Origin: Candidatus Poseidoniaceae archaeon
Lineage (GTDB): Archaea; Thermoplasmatota; Poseidoniia; Poseidoniales; Poseidoniaceae
Length of the DNA: 64,000 nucleotides
Assembly: GCA_965662895.1 (NCBI GenBank)
Contig: CBFIJH010000005.1
Location: 32,001-96,000 of the forward strand
Direction: 5' to 3'
The notes below the pieces were generated by a model, which saw nothing but the letters and a program-made list of their open reading frames with translations, was not told the origin of the DNA and did no database searches. The position numbers and the translations under genes were made by a program. Each line of letters opens with the position of its first letter. Position 1 is the first letter of the stretch. Positions 19,292 through 30,120 of this stretch are shown in pieces.

Positions 19292-20266
19292 ATGACTCGA
19301 TGGGCTCCGCATTTGATCGGTTTGCTCACGCCTGTCTCCGCCGCTATAACGCTCGTTGTTGGCGGCTGGTGGATGGTGACTCCAATCGTTCTTCTGCTCG
19401 GTCTTTACCCATTTCTTGATGTTCTTGGTGGTTCATCAACAATTCACGATATCGAGGAAGAAGGTAAAGGGCACAATGTCATCGTTCACCTTCACGGTAT
19501 TCTTGTCCCAGTCGTCGTTCTCTGTCTCTTGTATCGGGTTTGGGCAGGTCTTGGTTCCATTTCGATGATTGTGCCGGCTTTATCTGCTGGATTGGCAACC
19601 GGAGCAGCGGGCGTTGTTGCAGCACACGAGCTTGGACATCGTCGTCCAAAATCGGGGAGTTGGTGGCTCGGGCGACTCGACCTTCTTTGCGTTCTCTATC
19701 TCCATTTTACTGTTGAACACAATCACACACATCACAAGCACTGGGCTCGTAAGGTCGATCCAACAAGTTCTCCATGGGGCCGTAGCGTCTACGGCCATTT
19801 GATTCGAACTGTTCCTAAGCAATTGCGAAATGCGTACCGAATCAGGAAGAAGGATACAACAATCTCAATTCTTGTTGAACTCACGCTTCTTGTTTTGCTT
19901 GCAGTCTGGGGCTTGCCCTACCTTGCTGCATTCGTAGGACAAGCCGTTGTTGCCATCTATCTGCTCGAATTTGTGAATTTTATTCAACATCATGGCCTTG
20001 AACGAGGAGAAAATGAGCGTCCTCATGCAGGCCATGCCTGGGAAAGCCGAACGCGTTGGTCAAGATACACATTGATGAATCTCCCCCTTCATGCTGCACA
20101 TCATCTTCGATCGAGCACACCGTACGAGCGACTACGCCCGTACGATGAATCACCTCAACTGCCTGGTGGTTACTACCAGATGTTCTGGATTGCGTTGATA
20201 CCGCCATTGTTCAATCGGCTGATGCGGAGGTCGGTGAATCATTCCGGTGGAGTTGGTGGAGCGTAG
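19292..20266 (+). CDS. Alkane 1-monooxygenase (AlkB)-like membrane di-iron enzyme
   Basis: His boxes HELGH, EHNHTHH, NFIQHHG, HAAHH; C-terminal PQLPGGY. Confidence 0.82.
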   Translation: MTRWAPHLIGLLTPVSAAITLVVGGWWMVTPIVLLLGLYPFLDVLGGSSTIHDIEEEGKGHNVIVHLHGILVPVVVLCLLYRVWAGLGSISMIVPALSAGLATGAAGVVAAHELGHRRPKSGSWWLGRLDLLCVLYLHFTVEHNHTHHKHWARKVDPTSSPWGRSVYGHLIRTVPKQLRNAYRIRKKDTTISILVELTLLVLLAVWGLPYLAAFVGQAVVAIYLLEFVNFIQHHGLERGENERPHAGHAWESRTRWSRYTLMNLPLHAAHHLRSSTPYERLRPYDESPQLPGGYYQMFWIALIPPLFNRLMRRSVNHSGGVGGA

Positions 20267-21303
20267 CCCCCATCAACGGCCTCCTGAACCACCGCCAAAT
20301 CTGAAACGACCATCATTTCAATCAGTTGCTCAAACGTTGTCTTCGGTTCCCATCCAAGTTTTTCTTTTGCGTAAGATGGATCGCCAATCAGAAGGTCGAC
20401 TTCAGCAGGACGGAAGAATTTCGGGTTTGTTCGAACCCTTACGACACCATGTTGATCGGTTGCAATTGTATCAACACCCTCTCCAGACCATGTCAAATTG
20501 AGATCGATGTGTGAAAAAGCAAGATTAATCATCTCGCGAATGCTGTGCGTGCGACCCGTTGCGATGACGTAATCATCAGGCTTGTCTTGTTGCAGCATCT
20601 TCCACTGCATCTCAACATAATCGCCAGCAAACCCCCAGTCACGCTTCGCATTAACGTTGCCGATGTGAAGACACTCATCGAATCCATGCTTGATTCGAGC
20701 AACCATCATGGTAACTTTTCGTGTGACAAATTCAAGTCCGCGGCGTGGGCTTTCGTGATTGAAGAGGATTCCTGTACAAGCAAACATATCGTACGACTCA
20801 CGATAATTACGTGTGATTTCGAACGCCATGACTTTGGCGCAACCGTACGGTGAGCGTGGATGGAATGGCGTCTTTTCAGTTTGTGGGACTTCTCGCACCT
20901 TTCCATATTGTTCGCTGGAACCCGCTTGATAGAACCGACAACCAGGTGCGTGCTTTCGAACGGCTTCAAGACAACGAAGTGCACCGAGTCCTGTAATATC
21001 AGCGGTCATCATTGGCGATCGCCATGATTCTGGAACAAAGGACATCGCACCAAGATTGTAGAACTCATCCGGCTTGACTTGTTGAACAGCGTTATCGATG
21101 GAGTTCTGATCGGCAAGATCCCCATTGAGCAAATTGAACTTCTCATTGCTCATCAGATGATTAATGAGGTTGCGGCCGAGGCTTGGTTGCGATACTCGAC
21201 GGACCAAGCCGTAGACGGTGTATCCCTCCTCGAGGAGCAATTCAGCAAGATAGGAACCGTCTTGTCCCGTGACTCCGGTAATGAGTGCAGTCTTCCCGCT
21301 CAT
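20239..21303 (-). CDS. gmd: GDP-mannose 4,6-dehydratase
   Basis: [43 protein letters not shown]. Confidence 0.96.
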   Translation of the reverse strand: MSGKTALITGVTGQDGSYLAELLLEEGYTVYGLVRRVSQPSLGRNLINHLMSNEKFNLLNGDLADQNSIDNAVQQVKPDEFYNLGAMSFVPESWRSPMMTADITGLGALRCLEAVRKHAPGCRFYQAGSSEQYGKVREVPQTEKTPFHPRSPYGCAKVMAFEITRNYRESYDMFACTGILFNHESPRRGLEFVTRKVTMMVARIKHGFDECLHIGNVNAKRDWGFAGDYVEMQWKMLQQDKPDDYVIATGRTHSIREMINLAFSHIDLNLTWSGEGVDTIATDQHGVVRVRTNPKFFRPAEVDLLIGDPSYAKEKLGWEPKTTFEQLIEMMVVSDLAVVQEAVDGGYAPPTPPE

Positions 21304-21428
21304 AGGGATTGCTGATGCTTGCCTTTTTTCAAAGCGTCGTACTAAAATGTACAGTCATTGGATACAAACCATTGTAAAGAAATAACCACGCCATTCTAAC
21401 TGCATGAGAAAATGTTGGAGTTTTTGAG

Positions 21429-22136
21429 ATGCTAAATGTTGATGGTTTAACCAAAAGTTTCGGTTCCCTCGACGTCTTGAAAGGCGTCAATATGCAAGTC
21501 GAAAAAGGGGAAATGGTCGCTCTCATGGGTCCATCAGGTTCTGGAAAATCTACGCTCCTGAACATCATCGGCGGTTTGCTTGCAGGCGATGGAGGAAGCA
21601 TCACGTTGGATGAGCGCACCTATGGGCAAAAGGGTCCCTCCAGCGTGGTCGATGTTCGTCGAAACAAAATTGGTTGGATTTTCCAGGATTTCCACCTTCT
21701 CGACAATCTCTCTGCCGTCGACAACGTTGCGATTGCACTTGAGTTGTCAGGCGTTCCTTCCCACGAAGCTGTCACAGCAGCTGAGGAGGCATTGCAAAAG
21801 GTTGGACTTGGTGATCGCCTCAATTTCATTCCAGATCAATTGTCGGGTGGACAGCAACAACGTGTTGCAATCGCTCGAGCGATTGCTGGTAACCGTCCGG
21901 TCCTACTCGCTGATGAACCGACCGGAAATCTCGATATTGCGAGCGGGAAAGAAGTTCTCAAGCTGTTCAAAGATCTCTGCCATGATGAGGAAAACCCGAT
22001 TTCAATTCTCATGGTTACACACGATCCAGATCTCGCTTCGAATGCTGATCGCATGCTTCTTCTCAACGATGGGAAAACGGAAGCATCCGACATTCGCTCT
22101 GCTTGGGGCCTTGAAGAGGAGGGTGAGGAAGAATGA
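21429..22136 (+). CDS. ABC transporter ATP-binding protein (LolD/MacB type)
   Basis: GPSGSGKST, LSGGQQQRVAIARA, LADEPTGNLD, VTHD. Confidence 0.93.
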   Translation: MLNVDGLTKSFGSLDVLKGVNMQVEKGEMVALMGPSGSGKSTLLNIIGGLLAGDGGSITLDERTYGQKGPSSVVDVRRNKIGWIFQDFHLLDNLSAVDNVAIALELSGVPSHEAVTAAEEALQKVGLGDRLNFIPDQLSGGQQQRVAIARAIAGNRPVLLADEPTGNLDIASGKEVLKLFKDLCHDEENPISILMVTHDPDLASNADRMLLLNDGKTEASDIRSAWGLEEEGEEE

Positions 22137-25100
22137 GTGACGAAGTCTCCGATTTGAAAGACAGCGACTTTGGGCAAGGTCGGTCGCGAATTCGACGCTA
22201 TCAACACGCTCTCATGGAGCTGCCAAGTCGACTTCGCCTCGCAGGTCAGAGCGCATGGCGTGGAAAAGAGCGCGGTATGGCTGTCATCGCTGGTGTATTC
22301 CTCGCATCTCTTGTCATTACGACCGTTCTTGCGTACGGAGTTGGCTTATCCCAATTGTTCTTTGAAGAATCCCTTGATTCCGAACCGTTTGATGCGAAGA
22401 TCGAGTTTGCACGAACGCCTGTTGAGAACGCATCAGGGTGGACCAACAATACGACGACGATGACCGAAGTCTGTGACGAATTGATGGATGAATTTTCCGA
22501 GTTCAACGATTGTACCCTTGTTCTAGGGCGTCAAGGAATTCACAGTGGTGGCTTCTTCAACATCGAGTTCGTTGTTGCTCAACCTCTTGAAATGCGAGCG
22601 ATTTCCGACAACGAAAATCCGTTATGGGATACGATGAATTTTGATTATCCCGAAGCACTTGATGCTGGACCACCCATTTCGGACAAGCGTGCCATTCGGT
22701 TTCTTGGACCCGAAGCCTTTGATGGTGAATTAGGCGAACGGCTTGGTGAAAACATCATTGCTGGTCTTGGTGAATGGCCAACGCCAGAAAACATGAGTGA
22801 AAACCGTGGCATTATTCTGCCATCGACGATTGCCAGCGAAGCGCAGGCGAAGGTTGGGGACGTCCTTGATGAACTCACGTTTGCTTACGTTGTCGACGAA
22901 TCAACCCTTCTCGAAGCCAGCATAACCGAAGACAACTGTGCAGGTGAAATCACGCCTGAAAACAACGAAATGATCTACTGTCGAATGTGGATGACCGTTG
23001 AAAATCTCACCGTTATGGGCATTTACGAACCATGGGATTTCGGCAACCCAACGCTCCCATTCAATCCGATTTTCACAACCTGGGAAGTACTTGAAGAATC
23101 CGAGCGAGCGACGTTGATTGACAACGATCACATGTATCTTGGCGTGACCATCGATCGAGGCCAATTGCCAACGACGTCGACAGCCGATGCTGCAGACTGG
23201 CTTGAAAATCTTGGAACCGAAGTTCAGGGTGGAAATTACACCGATGCAGGTATTGAACTGTACTACACGGACATTGTTTCCGGAACCATTCTCTTCCTCA
23301 ACATCTTCCTTGGATTGATTCAAATTTTCGACTATATCATCATGATACCAATCGTATTCTTGTCTCTTGCAGTCCTCATCTATGGGCTGGTCTTGTCTCT
23401 TGAACAACGTCGTCGAGAAGTCAGTATCCATCGGGTCATTGGTGCGGATGGAAAGAATCTGCAAGGCATGGTCCTCTTGGAACTGTTTGTGATGTCCTCA
23501 GTTGCCTGGCTCATTGGCTACATTTTGGCTCTGATGGCAGTACCTATCGTTCTCTCAGCGGTCGGTTTCATGGAATTCAGAACGGGAGACTTCGATGTGA
23601 ATCCAACACTTGGTATCGGTTCAACATTGTTCACAGCCATTGCTACACTTGGGCTTGCGATGATTTTTGGACGCAGTCGTGCCAAAGATTTCATTGAACT
23701 TGAAATCGAAGAAGGTGTTCGCAAAACAACGGTCAAAGCAGAACCAAAACGATGGCTTCACTGGTCTGCATTCCTGTTCGGTATGCTCGCAGTCATCGAT
23801 ACGTGGCTTGAGATGAATGGTAGTGAGGACGGTATTGTTTCGAACTTCTTCATTGAAGGATTGATTGGCATCATCGGACCGTTTGCTCTGTGGATCGGAG
23901 GTGCTCTTTTGCTCGGAAGAATTGGTGCAAAGGGACCACAAATCATGCAACTGTTGTTTGGACGCTCACCGCTTCTCAAGGACGTGAAGCGCGGTTTGAA
24001 AGGGTCGGGGTCTGCGGAATCCGTGAATCGTCTTGCCGTCATCATGCTCCTGACACTCTCGATTGTCACCTTAGCAGCTGTTCAAGGATACACTGGGACA
24101 TTGGTCGATGAAAAGACGGCCGATGCTACAGTTGGTTCAGATTTGCAAATTTCATCGGAACAAGCCATCAATTCAACGACACTCATCTCCTTGATCAACG
24201 AATTTACCGATGGTGACGTGAATCCGGTCGCTACAAGTGTGCCTGAGATAGCACTCGCCGATCAACAAGGCGGTGACAGCTTGCAAACCCTCGTTCTTCT
24301 CAATGGAAACCAGAACGTCTTACGATGGAGTGAGCAATCCATTCCCGGTACGGATATTGGTGCTGCTATGAATGCCTACTCCAACAACGGCTTCTCAGCA
24401 GGCCAAGATTCTGCCTATTCACTTGACCTACCAGGTTCCGATCGTGGAGGCGACGAGAACAGACTCGATGACGTCTTGCTCAAGCCGGGTGAGGATAAAT
24501 CACGAGAGATCACCTTCGTCTGGGAAAAGATCGAGTTCAACTTCTCTTCTGGCGGTTCGGAAGAAACAGACCCACAGGAACTGTTCAACGCCTACACGCT
24601 CCTGATGGATGCCGACTGGGGTGAACTCAATCTCTCTGGTCAAGATTTGGATGAGCGAGATTTGGGACGCGTTGATTTGTCGAACACCAATCTTGCGGAT
24701 GCAGACCTCTCAAACATGAACATGAGCGAATCTGCTCTTGTCGACGTGAACCTCAGCAATGCAGATTTGACTGGAGCAAATCTGGAGAATGCTATCCTCT
24801 TCAATTTCATGGGTGGTTCGATGGAAGATGCTGATTTCACAGATGCAAATCTTGCAGGTGCCTTTGGATTCTTTGACCTTTCATCAGCGACCTTGTCGAA
24901 TACAACGTGCCCAGATGGAACCAACAGCGATGAAACCGGTTGTTTGGGCGGAGCAAGTGAGATTCCTCCACCGCTCGCAGCAGACCTCTTCTTTGCGGAT
25001 ACGCGTGTTCAATTGATTGTCACGCCATTCACGACATCGATGTACTACATGGGGACACACGAATACATTCCAGGTGTTGGAGCAGCAACCATCGCTTCAG

Positions 25101-25753
25101 CATTGATCATCGGAGAGGATTCATGGCGCAGTCTCGTTGGAGATGATGTAGCGAACAACCTGACGTCCAAGACGTGGATTGTTCGTGTCGATGGCCTATC
25201 GGGTGACGCGTTGGAATCGCTCGCTTCTCAGATTAAGGCAGATTCTCGTGTATCGGGAGTCCTCGATTGGTCAAGCACGCACAAGGATGTTGAGCGAAAC
25301 GGCGGGCTGATCTTCGGAACACCGGGTTTGCTCTCTCTGCAATTCGTTGTTGCGAGTGTTGCTGCTGTTGCATCGAGTTTCGTTTTCCTTTCACTTGTGT
25401 TGAGTCAACGACAGAAAGAATTGGCTGTCTTGCAAGCGATTGGAGCCTCTCCGAACCAAATCATTCGATTGGTTCTGTTTGAGATTCTGTCGATTGTTGT
25501 TGTCTCGATGGCGCTCGGTATTGTTCTCGGTGCTGGCTTGGCGCTGTCCTTCAATGGATTCTTTGATATCTTTGGATTCATCTTCCAAATCTTTGGAGGT
25601 TCGTCAACAACGATACAACGGACACTGGTCTATCCATGGTCACAGATTATTCTCGTGTCCTTGGCGGTTTTTGCTGCCGTCGTCGTAGCCTTGTTGGTGA
25701 CAACACGCCGTGCATTAACAGCTGATTTGGCAAGCGTGCTGAAGGGGGAATGA
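22133..25753 (+). CDS. FtsX/MacB-like ABC permease with pentapeptide-repeat insertion
   Basis: Two FtsX halves (EQRRREVSIHRVIGA, QRQKELAVLQAIGAS); A(D/N)Lxx repeats at about 24620-24945. Confidence 0.87.
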   Translation: MSDEVSDLKDSDFGQGRSRIRRYQHALMELPSRLRLAGQSAWRGKERGMAVIAGVFLASLVITTVLAYGVGLSQLFFEESLDSEPFDAKIEFARTPVENASGWTNNTTTMTEVCDELMDEFSEFNDCTLVLGRQGIHSGGFFNIEFVVAQPLEMRAISDNENPLWDTMNFDYPEALDAGPPISDKRAIRFLGPEAFDGELGERLGENIIAGLGEWPTPENMSENRGIILPSTIASEAQAKVGDVLDELTFAYVVDESTLLEASITEDNCAGEITPENNEMIYCRMWMTVENLTVMGIYEPWDFGNPTLPFNPIFTTWEVLEESERATLIDNDHMYLGVTIDRGQLPTTSTADAADWLENLGTEVQGGNYTDAGIELYYTDIVSGTILFLNIFLGLIQIFDYIIMIPIVFLSLAVLIYGLVLSLEQRRREVSIHRVIGADGKNLQGMVLLELFVMSSVAWLIGYILALMAVPIVLSAVGFMEFRTGDFDVNPTLGIGSTLFTAIATLGLAMIFGRSRAKDFIELEIEEGVRKTTVKAEPKRWLHWSAFLFGMLAVIDTWLEMNGSEDGIVSNFFIEGLIGIIGPFALWIGGALLLGRIGAKGPQIMQLLFGRSPLLKDVKRGLKGSGSAESVNRLAVIMLLTLSIVTLAAVQGYTGTLVDEKTADATVGSDLQISSEQAINSTTLISLINEFTDGDVNPVATSVPEIALADQQGGDSLQTLVLLNGNQNVLRWSEQSIPGTDIGAAMNAYSNNGFSAGQDSAYSLDLPGSDRGGDENRLDDVLLKPGEDKSREITFVWEKIEFNFSSGGSEETDPQELFNAYTLLMDADWGELNLSGQDLDERDLGRVDLSNTNLADADLSNMNMSESALVDVNLSNADLTGANLENAILFNFMGGSMEDADFTDANLAGAFGFFDLSSATLSNTTCPDGTNSDETGCLGGASEIPPPLAADLFFADTRVQLIVTPFTTSMYYMGTHEYIPGVGAATIASALIIGEDSWRSLVGDDVANNLTSKTWIVRVDGLSGDALESLASQIKADSRVSGVLDWSSTHKDVERNGGLIFGTPGLLSLQFVVASVAAVASSFVFLSLVLSQRQKELAVLQAIGASPNQIIRLVLFEILSIVVVSMALGIVLGAGLALSFNGFFDIFGFIFQIFGGSSTTIQRTLVYPWSQIILVSLAVFAAVVVALLVTTRRALTADLASVLKGE

Positions 25754-25755
25754 AG

Positions 25756-26736
25756 ATGAGTGAAATTATTCTGGAATCCGACGGATTGTACCACGTCTAC
25801 GAATCCAAGGCTGAAGATGGAAACGTCGTCGCATTGCGAGGTCTTCACATCAATATGAAAGCGGGTGAAGCCATCGCAGTTGTTGGTCCCTCAGGTTCAG
25901 GGAAATCAACACTGATGAAGTGTCTTGGTGGTTTGATGAAACCAAGTGCGGGTTCAGTCAGTCTGGCTGGAAAGAACATGACCCGATTGAAAGGCCAAGA
26001 ATTGGTTGAACTTCGACAAAAGACCGTATCGTTCATTTTCCAAGAAGGAAACCTCCTTCCCGACTTGAACGCTCGGGACAACGTCGCTCAACCACTTCGC
26101 CATCAAGGCGTCCCCTCAAAGAAAGCACTCGCACAGGCTGATGCTATGTTGGAACGACTAGGAATGGCGCATCGGACACAAGCGCTTCCAGCTAAGCTCA
26201 GTGGTGGAGAGCAACAACGCGTTGCCATTGCTCGAGCACTCATCACTCGTCCTCGATTGATTCTTGCTGACGAGCCAACGGGTGCACTTGATCCTGTGAC
26301 GAGCAGAGAAGTTCTTGCTTTGTTCAAAGACTTGCACGAAAACGATGGCGTCTCGTTCCTGATTGTTACACACTCAAAAGAAGTCGCTTCTTTTGCAAAC
26401 CGATCGCTTGAACTTCGAGATGGTCGCTTTGTGGCCGAACATGGTGATTCCATCGACGTTGAAGATTTGAGCAAGGACCGTGAACTCATCATCGATGAGA
26501 CAGGAACAGTAACACTGCCTCCAGATCTTTTGGTCCGCCTTGGTGGAGCAGGACGATACACCGTCGGAAACGTGGCAAGCGGGTACCTTTCACTGCAAGG
26601 TGATTCGGTCGAAGCCATGGGCAAAATGGAACTTGCTCAGGTCTGTCCTGCCTGCAAGCATGACTATGTTGATAGCGATGAGCAAATGTGTCCATCCTGC
26701 GGCTCAAGTCGGCCCATGGTGGAAGTTGAAGTATGA
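25756..26736 (+). CDS. ABC ATP-binding protein with C-terminal AbrB-like and zinc-ribbon domains
   Basis: Walker A/B, LSGGEQQ; IIDETGTVTLP; CPAC...CPSC. Confidence 0.9.
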   Translation: MSEIILESDGLYHVYESKAEDGNVVALRGLHINMKAGEAIAVVGPSGSGKSTLMKCLGGLMKPSAGSVSLAGKNMTRLKGQELVELRQKTVSFIFQEGNLLPDLNARDNVAQPLRHQGVPSKKALAQADAMLERLGMAHRTQALPAKLSGGEQQRVAIARALITRPRLILADEPTGALDPVTSREVLALFKDLHENDGVSFLIVTHSKEVASFANRSLELRDGRFVAEHGDSIDVEDLSKDRELIIDETGTVTLPPDLLVRLGGAGRYTVGNVASGYLSLQGDSVEAMGKMELAQVCPACKHDYVDSDEQMCPSCGSSRPMVEVEV

Positions 26737-27020
26737 AGCAACTCGTCTCATTTGTTAGTTATCTCGAGGGTTTCTCAGCCCTGTTTCTATTTGCAGTAGC
26801 GATGCCTGTCAAGTATATCGGTGGCGATCCATCACTGGTTTCACTCGTTGGCGCCATCCACGGAGGTCTTTTTGTTGCGTTCATTGGTTTGTTGTTCTTC
26901 GGTGTAGGACGTCAATGGAACCTGACTGCACTGATTCACGGATTCATCGCTGCCGTCGTTCCAGCAGGACCGTTTCTCTTTGATGGAATGCTCATCAGTG
27001 GAGAGTACGACCCCAAGTAA
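26733..27020 (+). CDS. DUF3817-like small membrane protein
   Basis: LEGFSALFLFAVAMPVKY, GAIHGGLF, AAVVPAGPF pattern. Confidence 0.75.
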   Translation: MKQLVSFVSYLEGFSALFLFAVAMPVKYIGGDPSLVSLVGAIHGGLFVAFIGLLFFGVGRQWNLTALIHGFIAAVVPAGPFLFDGMLISGEYDPK

Positions 27021-27091
27021 TTTGATATATAATCAGTTTTATTTAGTCAAGACTATAAGTAACGTGTTGTGTCGCTGGCTAACGTGATAAA

Positions 27092-27505
27092 ATGGACGCG
27101 AAAACTATCTTTCAACCGAAAATATGGTACATCATCTGTGGCGCTATAGCCCTCTTTGGTGGAATTGAAAACATGATGAACGCTGAAACTTGGGCTGAAA
27201 GCGCCTGGGGTAAGGACGGCGTAAACGATCAAAGCAAAGCAATGGAGACCCTCTTCGGCCTCTTCATGTGTGGATTTGGGGTGATGGGTCTTGTTTGTGC
27301 CTTCGTGCTTGATGGTACAACTCAGGCCAAATTTGCGATGGCCAATGCAGGCGCAATCATGGCGTTCTTCCTCGCTATGTTTTTTGTTCTCCCAGAAACT
27401 GGCTACGAAATGCCAGGTGTTGCTTTCTTAGTACCACCATTCTTGTTCCTTGGTGGTCTTCTCGCTGCAGGATACTTGCACATGAACGACACGGAAATGG
27501 TTTGA
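27092..27505 (+). CDS. 4-TM membrane protein, paralog 1
   Basis: N-terminus MDAKTIFQPKIW; four hydrophobic helices. Confidence 0.75.
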   Translation: MDAKTIFQPKIWYIICGAIALFGGIENMMNAETWAESAWGKDGVNDQSKAMETLFGLFMCGFGVMGLVCAFVLDGTTQAKFAMANAGAIMAFFLAMFFVLPETGYEMPGVAFLVPPFLFLGGLLAAGYLHMNDTEMV

Positions 27506-27886
27506 ATGGATGCAAAGTCGATTCTTAACACGAAAGTATGGCTAACAATCATTGGCGTTATGCATCTTCTCATGGGTGTCATTGTCAACTATATGGAAAA
27601 TGGTAGTGAAGACAATCTTGCAGGATTTGGATTCTTTGCCATGATTAGTTTCTACCTACTTTATGTCGCATTTATGACCACAGGACAGGTACAAGCACGA
27701 TTGGCAGTTATTTTCTGCGGACCAGTCGTTGTTTGGTTTATCGTTTGTATGGTTATGGATCTCAATCTCTTTGGGGCTCCGGTCGCATCTATGCCGGAAG
27801 CAGTTCTACCACTCGTTCTTTGGGGTATGCCTGCTCTCTGCGGTATTCTCGATTGGAACATGGACGACACCGCAACTGAGGCATGA
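27506..27886 (+). CDS. 4-TM membrane protein, paralog 2
   Basis: MDAKSILNTKVW; QARLA motif shared with neighbours. Confidence 0.75.
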   Translation: MDAKSILNTKVWLTIIGVMHLLMGVIVNYMENGSEDNLAGFGFFAMISFYLLYVAFMTTGQVQARLAVIFCGPVVVWFIVCMVMDLNLFGAPVASMPEAVLPLVLWGMPALCGILDWNMDDTATEA

Positions 27887-28359
27887 TGATGGATGCAAAG
27901 CGTATTTTTCAACCAAAAATATGGCTACTCGTATTCGCTTTGGTCCATACTCTTGGGATGAGTGCTGATCTTCTACCGGTCCTAACGGATGACGAAGCTG
28001 CAGGTACACACTTAGGTAACACCGTCAATGAATCGCTTGCCGATGATGAAAGTGCAATCGAGGCTTATCAAGGTGGCATGTCACAGGTGTATGGTATCGG
28101 ATTGTCATGGACCATCATCATGGTTGGTGGTGCCTTCTGGACACGTGGGAAATCACAGGCCCAACTGAGCGTATTGTTCGGTGGTGGACTTTTTGTGACC
28201 GGCTTAACCTTGGGCATTATGGGTTCGATGGTCGGTGACGGCTTCGACGCGTTTGCCTTTGTCATGACTACGCTCTTTGCGGCTCCGATCATCGCGAGTG
28301 GTGTTCTTCATCTTGAAGATGAGGCCGAAGAACCGTCCGCATCTCACGTTGATGCTTGA
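27883..28359 (+). CDS. 4-TM membrane protein, paralog 3
   Basis: MDAKRIFQPKIW; QAQLS; ATGA overlap with paralog 2. Confidence 0.75.
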   Translation: MMMDAKRIFQPKIWLLVFALVHTLGMSADLLPVLTDDEAAGTHLGNTVNESLADDESAIEAYQGGMSQVYGIGLSWTIIMVGGAFWTRGKSQAQLSVLFGGGLFVTGLTLGIMGSMVGDGFDAFAFVMTTLFAAPIIASGVLHLEDEAEEPSASHVDA

Positions 28360-28376
28360 ACGAGTCTTGAACTCGA

Positions 28377-29606
28377 TCAACTGATTTTGAGTTCGAGAAA
28401 GCCAAATCCGCCGTTGTCGACCGCCACCACGAGGTTGCCGTCTTTGTTGACACAGATGTCTTCACCGGCCCAATCTCCGCCTTCAGGTCCGTAGGTGGCT
28501 TCCCATTCCAACATACCTGTAGAATCATACTTCAGCACGTAGACCCGCCATGCATCGGAACATTCCTCACCGTCGCATTTCGAGTAGCGCCAATATTCGT
28601 CACCCGTGCCCGCTACCACGACAACGCCACCATCCTCGAGCGCTTGCAAGCCCCAGACTTCGTCGTGAATGTATCGAGCATCAAAGCCTCGAGGGTTGCC
28701 GTTGGTAGCCTCCCAAAGCACCTCTCCTTGGGTATTCACTTTCACGGTATAGGTGTCCCAGTTTTCAGTTCCTGAAAGCGTGTGTCCGGAGAGATACATC
28801 AAGCCCTCAGAGGTCATGCCGAACGCAAAGTTGTGATCGGGCTCGCTGCCACCGTAGGTTTTGGCCCACTTCACTTCGCCCGTTATGTCTGCTCTCAGGA
28901 GGGCATAATCCTCAGCGCCTTCGGTTAGCCCGGACACGTACAGGTCTCCCTCATACATGGCAATACGATAAGCTTGAGCCATGTGGACTTGGAGTGATTT
29001 ATCTGAAATTTGTTCGCCTGATGGTCCAAAGACCATCATGTGCCCTCGTCCTTCGGTGAAGAAGGTGTTCTCGTCGTCCTCCGCATTGGTGTAGCCAACA
29101 GCAACAAAGCCACTTGGAACCGCCACCAGGTGTTCAAGAGCATCGCTGCCTCCGTAATTGTAGGTCTTTAACCAAAAGCTCTCACCCGTGGTTTTGTTAA
29201 GTTTCATGATGCTACTGTCCTCGCCCAACGCGCCGACAACAACGTAGCCGTCCGCAACCTCAATGGCGCTGTTGCCCAAATTGTGGCCTTTCGTACCGAA
29301 TTCTTTCTTCCATTCAAGAACCCCTGTGGCATTCACCTTGACGACGAGAAGCTTTGCTCCGTTTGGGATGAAACCAGTCTCGCCGATTTGCAAGTAACCC
29401 CCGTCCTCACAAGCGAGAATGAAGTGGCCATGCGATTCTTCCTGCGAGCCACCGTAGGAAGTCATCCAACCAACCTCCGGTACGGTGCCGCTGTGTTCGT
29501 TTGAGGCGACAAGAAGGGGACCATCGCCTTCACCTTCTCCGAAGCATCCAGCGATTGAGGATATGAGCAGCACCAAACAGAATAAGGCAAAGCTACGATG
29601 ATGCAT
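28377..29606 (-). CDS. Secreted beta-propeller-repeat lipoprotein
   Basis: Lipobox IAGC; repeated WxKTYGG and DGGY(L/V)xxG units. Confidence 0.7.
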   Translation of the reverse strand: MHHRSFALFCLVLLISSIAGCFGEGEGDGPLLVASNEHSGTVPEVGWMTSYGGSQEESHGHFILACEDGGYLQIGETGFIPNGAKLLVVKVNATGVLEWKKEFGTKGHNLGNSAIEVADGYVVVGALGEDSSIMKLNKTTGESFWLKTYNYGGSDALEHLVAVPSGFVAVGYTNAEDDENTFFTEGRGHMMVFGPSGEQISDKSLQVHMAQAYRIAMYEGDLYVSGLTEGAEDYALLRADITGEVKWAKTYGGSEPDHNFAFGMTSEGLMYLSGHTLSGTENWDTYTVKVNTQGEVLWEATNGNPRGFDARYIHDEVWGLQALEDGGVVVVAGTGDEYWRYSKCDGEECSDAWRVYVLKYDSTGMLEWEATYGPEGGDWAGEDICVNKDGNLVVAVDNGGFGFLELKIS

Positions 29607-29704
29607 GGATTTCATCCGTCTCTGCTCCTTCATGAATCCATTGGGTCGAGGGTGTTCTTTGGGCGATGGAGAATCTCGCTCTGTTCGACTATGCGAATCA
29701 TGAT

Positions 29705-30067
29705 TCAGGCAGCCTTGACTCCTTGCGGCCAGAGTACGAGGATGAGCGTCTTTCCACGCGTCTTTGGCGTGTGGGTTGATTCTGGGTCCATCCAAACAAT
29801 GGATCCAGTTGGATAAGTCCCATCTTCATCCCAGACTTCACCTTCAAGGACGACGTAGCATTCGCCACCAGGGTGGCTGTGAGGCATGAACGCATCCACT
29901 TCGACTTCAGATTGTGCTTCATAGAGAACCAGAGATGTTTTCTCTTCACGCTTGAGTTTGCCCAAGCGTACACCGGTTCCAAAATCCTTCCAGGAGATGT
30001 TCTCTTTGAGCCAATCCTCGTCAATGTTGAAACTGAGCCAATCGGCCATGTCGTGTGTGAAGACCAT
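29705..30067 (-). CDS. ChrR-like cupin protein
   Basis: PHSHPGGECYVVLEGEVWDEDGTYPTGS...HTP. Confidence 0.8.
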   Translation of the reverse strand: MVFTHDMADWLSFNIDEDWLKENISWKDFGTGVRLGKLKREEKTSLVLYEAQSEVEVDAFMPHSHPGGECYVVLEGEVWDEDGTYPTGSIVWMDPESTHTPKTRGKTLILVLWPQGVKAA

Positions 30068-30120
30068 GTCCGTCCCAACGACAACGGTTTGATGAGGTGT
30101 TCGGTTTCGTGGTTTGCAAA

